Shown in pieces: positions 25,001 through 34,836 of a DNA stretch of 64,000 bases (its first letter is position 1; the number at the start of each line of letters is the position of its first letter). The translations under genes were made by a program, and so were the position numbers. Below the pieces are notes generated by a model. That model was given only the letters and a program-made list of their open reading frames with translations. It had not been told where the DNA came from and made no database searches. The stretch comes from Torpedo marmorata. Lineage: Eukaryota. The DNA is taken from assembly GCA_977017645.1 (NCBI GenBank), contig OZ360221.1:192696001-192760000 (forward strand), read 5' to 3'.

Positions 25001-25875
25001 ATATCTATCCTTTTGGTTGGTTTCTTTTCCTGTGATTCCTTTTTTAAATATGACCTTTTATTATCAGACACTTTAGATAATTTACTTCTAGCACCAGATA
25101 CCATTGAGCCTTCTATTGCTTTCTTTTCTGCCTTGGCAATAGCAATGTTTGCTTTCAGCTCCTGCTGTTCTTTTTTCTTTCTTAACTGCTCTTGTCTCTT
25201 TCTTAGTTGTTGGTTCTGCATCAGCTGCTCCTCCTGTTGTCTCTGCCTCAGCCGTTGTCTCTGCCTCAGCTGCTCCTCCTTTAGTTCCTCCTCCTGTTCT
25301 TCTAAAACATGTTTATCCTTAAGAAATTCTTGTTGTGCAAGAAGAGCGGCCAATTTAACATCAATCTTTGTACGTGACGATGCAGAACTTGAAGTACGAG
25401 AAACTCTGGAGCTCGAACCAGAACTTCTTTTGCTTCTCCTGCTTTCAGCATTTGAGACACTGTCACTTGCTTGTATTTCGTCCTGCAGTTCATATGTTGT
25501 CTTCATACTTACCTCTTTATCCAATTCAAATTGTATATCCTTTGCATCTTCTACCACTTCAATTTCTTCATCATTTGTTGACACAATTTCAGCCATTTCC
25601 AAGTTATCTTCTTGTTCATCTAATGAAGCTGCCTCTTCATCCTTTGCCTGCTTCAATCTTTCGATAAGAGCCCTTTTATTTCCACTTATGTCCTTTTTCA
25701 GTCGCTTCAATTCTTCTTTAATATCCGCAACCTTCATGTCTTCAATACGTTGGTCCTCAACAGCAACATCAGCGGTTGCTGCGTCAGCTGCTGATATATC
25801 AGTAGCTGCTGTATCAGTGGCTGCTGCGGCCATTTTACTCGTCTTGTTCCTCTTTCCTTCAAGCATACACAACAC
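22027..25875 (-). CDS. BEL/Pao Gag-protease fusion: SAP domain, coiled coil, DUF1759-type Gag, three Cys/His knuckles, aspartic protease, MIPOL1-like coiled coils
   Basis: Open 1282 aa. SAP MKVADIKEELKRLKKDISGNKRALIERL; LPKKEIQTFDGDPLQY; CLFCKGGH, CFSCLCKGH, CNICNLKHPRILH; YAFLDPGSTASF; GPYAIRTMLGW. No RT DD motif region. Likely start is ATG 25833 (AAAATGG). Confidence 0.9.
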   Translation of the reverse strand: MLCMLEGKRNKTSKMAAAATDTAATDISAADAATADVAVEDQRIEDMKVADIKEELKRLKKDISGNKRALIERLKQAKDEEAASLDEQEDNLEMAEIVSTNDEEIEVVEDAKDIQFELDKEVSMKTTYELQDEIQASDSVSNAESRRSKRSSGSSSRVSRTSSSASSRTKIDVKLAALLAQQEFLKDKHVLEEQEEELKEEQLRQRQRLRQRQQEEQLMQNQQLRKRQEQLRKKKEQQELKANIAIAKAEKKAIEGSMVSGARSKLSKVSDNKRSYLKKESQEKKPTKRIDILEPRIQNLHIQAQTFQEHIGIESHVPIVTSESKAAAWVRSNEAASLLYESSIRNMEETTPVRFPDTLHATRDSEQSNVLSSKERQNEIAASLFQLQSLSSLPKKEIQTFDGDPLQYQSFMRSFKRNIEDKCQDRDECLYYLEMFTKGHPKELVKSCKQMSSGRGLDKAKALLEQYFGNKHRIALAYMDKALKWTSIKQNDVKALQEFTLFLRGCCNAMEEIYSIRELDVHSNMRIILEKLPYKVWDRWRNLACDLQVNYGRKITLKDLVNFLERQVYVETDPLYGNTRDNSMSKDVRKSNSQSSPKLKRSTFATNVQVISKENDKVNKEKESLPNEKSCLFCKGGHALEMCLRLEKKEHKEKIAFLKENGICFSCLCKGHISKNCEKRINCNICNLKHPRILHIHNRNKELEKEQTETKETTENNVITSVQTSGLTGAGVNNCKLSIVPVQVKAKKGDAIVKTYAFLDPGSTASFCTEGLMNKLNIQGKRSRIMLKTMGQEKVVETNIVSGLEVAGLDDKKFCDLPSVYTQKTMPVNEGNIPHQRNIHHLAYLWKVYLPEINSEIEMLIGSDVPKVLEPKEVIESKRNGPYAIRTMLGWAINGPMERNNDIAQEQVAININKISVEKVEELSEEQKTVNKKITFEEKKTGQCENKSMVFKTTLKELISSEKDESEVLEDVANNTIDHSCVIESNTGIKQVTENKSECRFCSSENTTDKANEKILQCDVKLKNTENCADGIKNNVNDNLMQLNSENKMLKGELEILYNQENSKQRDLIVSKTRKVRKRKKRITAEEMNTVIEERDSALSKCKRLEEEINVLKENKLLFNNSKQLTLKTNQECKLNVQQLTMQKECDIALQKCNKQDEEIKKFQVCRNRIDNGNIHVSHDILTSDQIINFSEGAETELKVAKLDLELQERAIETRVVKQTCLKSKGSDKYSNSNSKSLNSSHEKWNTEERNKVKRHAEEVPHVKFKRKTVSILSEEDLRFTG

Positions 25876-26280
25876 TAGTCAAACAACAGTCCCCAATGGA
25901 CCAGCGGCAGCAATTCCAATCTGTGTTCTTACTTGCTAAAGATACACAGAAGGAGTCCACAGACTTATGCCTACCACTTCAAATGACTGTAATGTGCTGC
26001 AATCCACAAACGAGCTTCAACCACAACATCCGTCACTAATATCACTGATTTTCCAAAAAATAGTTTCTCCAACGTATTTATAGGACACTTTACTATAAGA
26101 TTTGAAGCTTTAAATCCCTCTCTGGCTGTTATTCATGGCAGATGGAAGTGGATTACAAACTGCCCCCAACTCGAGGCATCTCCAAAATGGCCACCAATTT
26201 ATATCAGTCCAAAGCACAGAGAGTTTTTTCTATCTTCTTTCCTTCAAACTTCTGTTCCAAACAGCCAGCCCTTTATTGAC

Positions 26281-26912
26281 TATAAATAACGGTGACTTCG
26301 CTCCACCAATAGTCACCTGGAGGCTAAGTGTGGTCCTTGCTTTTGACGCGTTTTAATTAATTTACTAACAAAGTCCAATATGTTCAAAACCTTTATTTTC
26401 ACACATGACTTGCAGTAATCTTCAATGACTTTAATATAAACAGTTCTTGTAAACGATGTATGATGAGTTCCTTTAAATAGTTCTTTAAACAATTCCAAAA
26501 CGATATGAAACACTGTAGATGATGTTAAAGTTATAAAAACATTATAAAACGATATAAAACGGTCAATAAAGATGTGGAGACCTCACTCACCCTCCATACA
26601 TCTCTATCCTTTCTTTGTTCTCTCTCTCTAATGGCTCTGCGCATCCTACCCCGCGCATACTACAACTCCCAGCCTCCCACGCACACAATGACGTCACTCC
26701 ATACTGCGCATGCGCCCGTCGGCACTCCCGCGCATGCGCATATCAAAGAACGGGCCGACGACGGCCCACAGAACAACGCAAGCGCTCCAAGGCCCGACGT
26801 GGCCTCGGAGCGCTCCGAGGACGGCCTGGTGAACAACGCGAGCGCTCCAAGGCCCGACTAGACATCGGAGCGCCGCAACAACGGTAAGTTAAACGAGCCT
26901 ACGGCTCTTACA
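26281..26912 (-). repeat. 5' LTR
   Basis: Direct repeat of 20971-21602. Confidence 0.95.
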
Positions 26913-27014
26913 ACAAGAAATAAGTTTACTTTATCACACAAAATCAACAACAGTGCTTGAGTTACTTTTTGAAAATCTGTGTTGTGAAGGTAAACTAGAA
27001 AATCTGTTGATATT

Positions 27015-27430
27015 AGAGTCCAGTGCAATACACAGAAGTTCTGGAGAAACTTAGCAGGTCATGCAGCATCCCTTTGAAGTAAAAGGTAGTCGATGTTTCG
27101 GGCCTTCTTCAGGATTGACGAAAAGATGGAGGGGGGTGGGTGATGCAAGGGGAAGGGAAATGAGAGGAGGGAAGAGCACAAGCTAACAGGTAAGAGATAA
27201 TAGGTGGACAGAAGTGGGAGGGTGGAAGAGAAAGAAGCTGAGAACTGATGGGGAAAGGGCAGAGGGCGAAAAAAGATATCTCTGATATGAGAAGGAAGGG
27301 AAGGGGGTGGGGAGCTGGAGGAATGTAGACAGAGGGATGAGAGAAAGAGAGAGACCAATGGGGGAGGAGAGTGGTTTAACAAAAATTGGAGGTCGATATT
27401 GCTGCCGTCTGCTCGGAGACTGCCAAGAGA
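27015..27430 (-). mobile_element. Penelope-like 3' terminal fragment with hammerhead-like core
   Basis: Reverse complement CTGAAGA-aggccc-GAAA-catc (27092-27112) and gacctgctaagtttctccag motif as in the 18955 element. Confidence 0.7.
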
Positions 27431-27439
27431 GTTCTGAAC

Positions 27440-27885
27440 TCAGCTTAGTCCATCACACAAACCAGCCTCCTCTCCATTGAATACAACTACACTTCCTACT
27501 GCCATAGAAAAGCAGCCAACATAATAAAGGGCCCATCCCATGCCAGACACAGTCTATTCTTACCCCTCCCATTGGGCAGAGATACATGAATTTGAAAAAA
27601 TAAACCATCAGATTCAAGGACACGTTCTTTACCGCTGTTATCAGACTCTTGAACAGGCCTCCAAATCACAAAAGATGATACTCATTCTTACAAAAACTAC
27701 CTCAAAGCAGACCTTCCACTACTTCAACCGTACTTTTCTCTAGCCCTCTGTAACACTACATTCTGCATTTTGTTGCATTTTACACTACCTGTTGAATTTA
27801 AGTATGAGTTGGCTTGCCTGGATAGCATGTAAAACAAAGATTTTCACTGTACTTTGATACACTTGGCAAAAATAAACAATTCAAT
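27440..27885 (+). mobile_element. Old Rex1-like 3' fragment
   Basis: KAANIIK-like segment, accagattcaaggaca, ccgctgttatcagactc, aataaac tail. Confidence 0.55.
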
Positions 27886-28053
27886 TAAATTATTTTTGTC
27901 TAATATACAGGTCTGTGATGGGAAGGACAAGGGAATATTGACTGAGCAGAATTCTGCCTTTCATTGTTTTTTTTAAATCAAACCTACTTTTGAAGTAAAC
28001 CAGATCATATCAGCACATATTGGACAGTGGCTCAGCTAAATATATATCGCTAT

Positions 28054-28450
28054 TCATCAGAATGTTGCCAGGGGTGCCTTTTAGAAATGTATAAAATTAT
28101 GAGGGACCAGGACAGGATATAAGAGATACTTTTTTTCCCCAGGCAAATGAGTCTACACCTAGAGGGCACACATTTAAGGTGTGGGGGAGGAATTTAAAGG
28201 AGATCTGAGAGAGTTTTCTCACACAGATGGTGGTGGTTATCTGGAATGAGCTGCCAGAGGAAGTGATGGAGGCAAGTACTGTTATAATGTTTAAAGGGCA
28301 TTTGGGCAGATACTTGGAAAGAAAAGGCACAGAGGGATACAGACCGAATGCATGCAAATAAAATTAACATAGTTGGGCATCATGGTCAGCATGGCAAAGA
28401 AGGGACGAAAGGCCTCATTTTTGTGCCAAACAGTTCTACGATTCTATGAT
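28054..28450 (+). mobile_element. CR1 3' fragment
   Basis: tagagggcacacatttaaggt, ctggaatgagctgccagagg, ttctatga tail. Confidence 0.75.
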
Positions 28451-29029
28451 TGGCCAGCCTCCTTGAGCACTCGTTAGCTTTCTGTTGTCCACCTGGGAGC
28501 ACCTGATCTATAAGGATTTGCTTTTTAGAAAACAAGTGCATTTTTTAATAGATCTACCAACGTGTTTGATCATTTGAGTCTGATTAGTGGGGCAGTCTGG
28601 TTAAATTATTAAGCATTCCCTGAAGTACTATAAAACCTATCTATGTGTGGCATATATGCAAAAAGTTCAAATCTCCCAATATCAGGAGTGCCACTTAGGA
28701 GCCATCCTGTGGAGTACAAGTTTGAATCATCATTAAGTAACTTGCAGGTAGCAAGAATTATTTTCAGCCAGACATCGCTTTCAAATTCTGTATCAAATTT
28801 CCTCATCACCAGCAACATAGCAGGGTAAGTACTTTCACCATGTGATGCATGCAGAATGACACTCTCTCTCCCTTATAATCATTTCTCATTCAATCCCAAC
28901 AAGTTCATTTCTAGATCTCCAATCTCATCCAGCATCTAAAAGAAGCTAAGTGTTGTGGATACAGCTCAGGCCATCACACAAACCAACCTGCCCCCATTGA
29001 CTCTGCTTCGAGTGTCTGGTGATGGAAAC

Positions 29030-30188
29030 ACCTCCCAGAGATTCTGGACCATTTCAATTCATCTCTAGAAACTATTCAACAGATGATGCTATAGCCTTGA
29101 CCCTTCATTCTGTCCTGACCCACCTGGAGAACAATACCTCATACACCAGGCTGCTGATCATTGACTTCAGCTCAATGTTTAATACAATCATTCCCCAGAA
29201 GTTGGTGGAGAAGTTGTCCTCACTGGGACTGAACACCCCTCACTGTAACTGGATTCCGGACCTCCTAACGGAAAGACCACCGTCTGTCCGGGTCGGTAGC
29301 AGAACGTCGAGCACTGGTGCACCTCAGGGCTGAGTGCTCAGCCCTGTTCATGCTACTGACCCATGACTGCATTGCCAGATCCAGCTCCAACAGTGTCATC
29401 ACGTTTGCAGATGACACAACAGTAGTTGGCCTCATCAGCAACAACAATAAGTGGCACTATAGAGAAGAGGTGGGAAATCTCGTGAAATGGTGCAAGAGTA
29501 ACAACCCGAGTCTCAACATGGACAAGTCGAAGGAGATAATTGTGGACTTCAGGAATGACCACCCTCCACTACACATCAACAACTCTGTAGTGGAGAGAGT
29601 GGAGAGCACCAAGTTCCTTGGAGTTCACTTAACTCGTGGCCTATCGTGGACACTCAACATCTTCTCACTTGTCAGGAAGGCACAACAGTGACTGCACTTC
29701 CTGAGAAGACTGAAGCGGGCAAGGCTACCGGCCACCATTATGTCAACCTTCTATAGGAGCTCTATCGAGAGCGTCCTGGCCGGCTGCATCACAGTGTGGT
29801 ACGGTTGCTGCAGAGAAATGGATCGGTCAATCCACAGGACCATAACAGTGGCAGACAGGATCACTGGGGTCTCCATCCCCCCAATCGATGTGATCTACCG
29901 GGATAATTGTTTGAGGAGAGCTCGCAAAATCATTGAGGACCCCTTCAACCCTGCACACAGCATCTTTCAGCTGCTCCCGTCAGGAAAGCGATACAAGAGC
30001 CAGCACAACCAGGCTGAGGAACAGCTTCTTGTATGGATGAAATACTTGTCCTGCATATGTATTGTTTATCTGTATGTGTGTTTTGTCTGGTTGTGTGTCT
30101 GTGTGTTTTGCACCGAGGACCTGAGAACGCTGTTTTGTCGGGTTGTTCTTGTACAATCAGATAACAATAAACTTGACTTGACTTGACT
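29030..30188 (+). mobile_element. Rex1/Babar-type LINE (second subfamily), disrupted
   Basis: [31 protein letters not shown] motifs; aataaa(cttga)n tail. Confidence 0.85.
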
Positions 30189-30627
30189 ATACATCCCCCT
30201 GTCTTCGAAAAATTTCTAACTTATTAAAAGACCCATCCTGGTCACAACTTCTCCTCCTTTATATCAGGCAGAAGGGACATGCGTTAAAAACTTCCAAAAT
30301 TCAAGGACAGTTTCTTCCCTGTTGTTTTCAGACTCCTATTGGTAAAAGATGCTGCCCTTACAGTTTTAACTATACTTTTATCTGCACCCTGCACTTTTCC
30401 TTTGTAACACTCTACCCTGCACTCTTTGACGTACTGTAACTCTGCTAACTCTACAGCCTTCACTTTTGTTTTATTATTGCAATACCGCTGCACTACCCTT
30501 CCTTTCCCTTCCCTTCTTGCCCTGTCCTGCTACCATCTGCCCCTTATCCTCCATCTCACCTGATTCCACCCATTATTACCAGCCCCTGTCTCATCCCCTC
30601 CCTCTCACCTTTTTATATTAACTAACT

Positions 30628-31269
30628 CAGCCATTCTCAACCTTTTTTCGGCTATGCCCATTCCCCCTGGACTCTGCTCAGTTTACGGTACCCCTTCCCT
30701 GTGAAACAGTCAAGTTTTGGTTTCTTCCATACTTCTCTCCTACCGACTACATCAGTGGTTTTCAAACTGCCCCACTACACTCACATTCCACCTTAAGAAA
30801 TCCCTATGCCATAAATGTTCTGTGATTAGTAAGGGATTGCTTAAGATGGTATGTGATTGGAAAGAAAAAGGTTTGAAAACCACTGTTTTAATCGTACCTA
30901 ATTGACTCGTTATGTACACGGTTTCATAACTCCAAAGGAAATGGGCCAATGACAATTTTTCTCAAGCGAAATATTTCAGTAACAATTGGGTCTAGAGCAG
31001 TGGTTCTCAACCTTCCCTTCCCACTCACAAACCACCTTAAGCAATCCCTTACCAATCACAGAGCACTTATGGCATAGGGATTGCTTAAGGCGGATTGTGA
31101 GTTTAGGGGGGCAGTTTGAAAACCACTGGACTACATAAAAAGCATAAAAATAATTATGCTACATGAGGGGAAAAGAAAACAAGGCTTTTACTTAAATGTG
31201 CTGTGGCTCCTGGATGGGGAGGGGGTGCGGGGAGGGTGCGGGTCGTAGGGCCCCCATTCAGAATAGCTG
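30628..31269. mobile_element. Outer hAT/Charlie-type MITE
   Basis: Ends CAGCCATTCTCAA / ttcagaatagCTG; flanking 8-mers aactaact and agctaact (7/8 match). Confidence 0.7.
30753..31128. mobile_element. Inner composite hAT/Charlie-type MITE
   Basis: TIR CAGTGGTTTTCAAAC at both ends; perfect 8-bp TSD gactacat (30745-30752, 31129-31136). Confidence 0.9.
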
Positions 31270-32059
31270 AGCTAACTTTCCTCTATATTTCTCAGTCCTG
31301 ATGCAGGATCATGACCTAAAACATCATCCGCACCTTTGCCTTTGCAAATGCTGCTTGATCTGCTGATGTCCGCCAGCAGTTTGTTTTTTGCTCCTCCTCT
31401 CTCTTATGTCTCCAAAAGAAGCCCTTTGGCTTTGAATCCTGAATAGGTATTTTTGAATTTGTGGGATACAGGCATTTCTGGCGGGTCACAATAATTAATC
31501 ATCTCTTATGCTGCTGGCCGGTCTTCCATTTTAATTCCTGCTGTCCTTGAGATGTAGCAGCTTTTACAATGCTATTGGGCAGGGAATTCTTGAACTTTGA
31601 CCCAGAAATGAAGACACAGCTATGTACCCAAAATCAAGTTAGATTGTTTTGCATGGAGACACTTAGAAATAATGGTCCTTCCATAATGGTGTAGATTAAA
31701 CACAATATTTACAGTTCAACCTGGTCACAATATTACTGAAAACAGAGAGAAAGACATTTGATGGTTTGCTCATTAAAAACTGTACATGGAGATATAACTC
31801 CTTAAACACTGCTGATGTGTTGGGCACAATGTGTTCATGATTCGTGAATTAGTATTTTCTAAGTCATCTTCCTGAACCTGATCTATGCTATTTCTGCCAA
31901 CAATATCACGATGCAAGTTTCAAATTTGTTGGCAAATCTGAGTCACAATCCCACTGTTTTGCAGATGCAAATCCAGTTTGAAAAATCTAGCAACTTTAAT
32001 TCATTTGAAGCAATGCTGGTGAATCAGTTACTCAGTGATTCCACCAGTTAACTTCCCTC

Positions 32060-34836
32060 ATTAACTTCCCTCATTAAAAAAGACGAGTCTAAAAATTCTT
32101 TACTTTGAGTATTTAATCTAGGTAACTTAATTTTAGATAAAAATTAATTAATTTTAGAATCATCTTCATCAATCTGAGATTTATATAAATTCAAATAAAA
32201 ATCCTTAAAAGAATCATTTTTTTCTCAAGGTTTATATGTTATTTTCTTAGAATTCTTTTTTATAGCATTTATAGTTCTAGAAGTTTGATCTTTCTTTAAT
32301 TGCCACGCCAACACTTTATGTGCTCTTTCTCCCAATTCATAATACCTTTGCTTAGTTCTTTTAATTAATTTTTCAATTTTATATGTTTGTAACATATTAT
32401 AATGCAATTTTTTCCCAATTAAATTTTTTCTCTTTTCTTCTGATCTCTTTTTTTGTAAGTCCTTCTCCAAAAATTTAATCTCCCTCTCCAAATTATCTAC
32501 CTCCCAAACATAGTCCTTCTTAATTTTTGCTGAATAACTTATTATTTGGCCTCTTAAATAAGCCTTTAAAGCTTACCAAATAATAAATCTCCACCTATAT
32601 ATAGTTTTTTTCTTTTTCTGGAATTATACAAGTCATTAACGAGCTTGTGTTACCCTATCTTGGACTTGTGAGGACAATAAAAACATATCTATCCTAGAAT
32701 ATGAATCATGTCTAAAAGAATAAAAAGAATAATCTTTTTCTCTTGGGTTCAGTTTTATCCAAATATCTATTAAGTTTAAGTCTTTCATCAAAATAAGAAT
32801 TCTTTTAGCAATTTTAGATTTAACAACTGATTTCGATATTTTATCCATTATCGGATCTAAACAACAATTAAAATCCCCACCAATTAAAATATTATCATTA
32901 GCTTCTGACAAATGCATAAAAGAATCTTGAATAAATTGTTCATCTTCCATATTTGGTACATATATATTCATAAGTGTCCACAATTCTGAATATATCTGAC
33001 AATGTATTAAAACATATCTACCTACCACGTCTATAACCACAGATTGTATTTTAAAAGATAAATTTTTATTAACTAATATAGCAACTCCTCTTGCTTTAGA
33101 ATTAAATGAAGATGCAACCACTTGGCCAACCCATTCTCTCTTCAACTTCTGATGTTCTAAATCTGTCAAATGTGTCTCTTGTAAAAAAGCTATATCTACA
33201 TTTAACTTTTTAATATATGCTAAAGTTTTCTTCCTTTTAATTGGGTTATTTAGCCCATTTATATTAATACACTACATTTATTGTATTACTATCCATCATT
33301 ACTAAATCTTAATAAGTCTCTCTCCATCAGATCCACCAGCACCCTCCTCCACATTTGTAATCTATTTGACATCTCCTTAAAAAGAAAAAGAAAGAAAAAT
33401 AAAATAAAAAAGAAACAAAACCCCACTGTATACAATACTGGCAAAATTACCCCAGTATTACCCCCCTCCATTACTCGGGAAGTGGCCCTCGCCACTAAGG
33501 TGGTATGCGGCTATGAAGGAGAAAACAAAAAGTCCACCCCACCCCCCCAACAGATTTTACACAACATTTATTATCATACCTTCATTTAGCTTCTTCAATG
33601 TCCTTATGAACTTGGACTTCACCAATCTCGATCTCGGCTTCATCCTCTTTTCCTGAAGTACTTGGCAAAGAAACTTGCGACGGTGAAATATCTTGAACTT
33701 GGTGATGTTCCATCAAATCTTGATCTTTCTTCAAATACGGAAGAGAATTTGCATGTTGGAGCGCTTGTTGACAATCCGTAAAAAAACAAGATTGATTCCC
33801 TGTAGACTGAACCTTCAAAACCGTAGGATATCTAAACGAAAACTTATACCCCTTATTCCAAAAAATCGCTTTTGCTGGATTAAATTCCTTTCGTTTATTA
33901 ACTATAACTGAACTCAAATCAGGGTAAAAGAAAACTCTATTCCCCTGAACCATCAATGGACCATTCTGCGACTTAGCGTTTTGAATAGCTAATTTCAATA
34001 CCTTCTCTTTATCCGGATATCGAAGACATTTAACTAAAACTGAACGTGATCTTTGACCAACATACGGTTTCCCCCTACCAACTCTATGTACTCTCTCTAA
34101 CTCCAGTCCATACTTAAAATTATCAATACCCAGAGCATCTGGAATCCATTTTTGAAAGAATTCAGTCGTATCATACCCTTTGAAATTTTCAGGTAGTCCC
34201 ACAATTTTAATATTGTTCCTCCGGCTCTGATTGTCCAATACATCTAGCTTTTGTAAAAGTTCATTTCTTTGCTGCTTCCAACCTGTAAATGAATCTTCTA
34301 CTTTATAAACTCTATCTTTATAATCCACCATTTCTTCATAATGTTCTTTAACCTCTTTTTCAATTTCTTGAACTTTCACTTTTACTATATTCACAGTATT
34401 TGTCTGTCTTTTCATATCTTGCTTAATATCTTTCATTTCATCTTCAATTCCATTAAGTCTAAGCTCCAAACGATATTCCATCGTTGATATCCTTTTTGTC
34501 ATGTTATCAATAGCCTTAAGTATTTGTTGAGCTACCGATATTTCAATCTCTTCTCCACTTGAATCTTCAGCCTCTCCCTCCATTTCTCCCATTTCTTCTT
34601 CCATTATTCCTTTCTTCTCTTTCTTTTTATCTTCTGAATCTGATGAAGTTTCAAGTCCCACAACATATTGTAATGATTGTGGGACGTCTCCTTTGCTGTC
34701 AGCCTTATCTGACAGCTCCCGTTGTCTATCGCGCATGCGCACCGTTTCGCGCATGCGCGGTTGCTCAGTTGAGATTTGTAGTTCTGTAGTCTTCTTTCGA
34801 GCACCGGCACAATTTTCCCCAGCTCCCCGGGACGGC
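32060..34836 (-). mobile_element. L1/Tx1-clade 5' portion: ORF1 (Transposase_22-like) plus ORF2 AP-endonuclease
   Basis: ORF1 LDNQSRRNNIKIVGLPE, LERVHR, FFYPDLS. EN motifs LQETH, KARGVAIL, NIYVPN, IGGDFN, SRIDMF. Confidence 0.9.

Larger units (their letters stand above)
20971..26912 (-). mobile_element. BEL/Pao LTR retrotransposon, non-autonomous (no RT/RNaseH/IN core), very recent insertion
   Basis: 632-bp LTRs at 20971-21602 and 26281-26912; TSD ACAAG at 20966-20970 and 26913-26917; purine-rich tract aggggccgg next to the 3' LTR; BEL Gag/PR motifs. Confidence 0.95.
30500..31395 (+). mobile_element. Old Penelope-like 3' fragment hosting nested hAT MITEs
   Basis: Pyrimidine-rich tract resumes after 31277 with ctgatgcagg...aaaacatc and gctgcttgatctgctga. 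Confidence 0.55.

Noticed and set aside
22027-25875. Endogenous retrovirus env, domesticated gag gene, or the true mipol1 locus
   Set aside because: No signal peptide or TM segment; Gag/PR motifs are BEL-type; near-identical LTRs and a TSD show recent mobility; the MIPOL1-like part is partial, permuted and intronless.
25013-25939. 308-aa plus-strand ORF and other antisense ORFs in the BEL element
   Set aside because: S/L/F/C-rich shadow of the E/K/Q-rich sense ORF.
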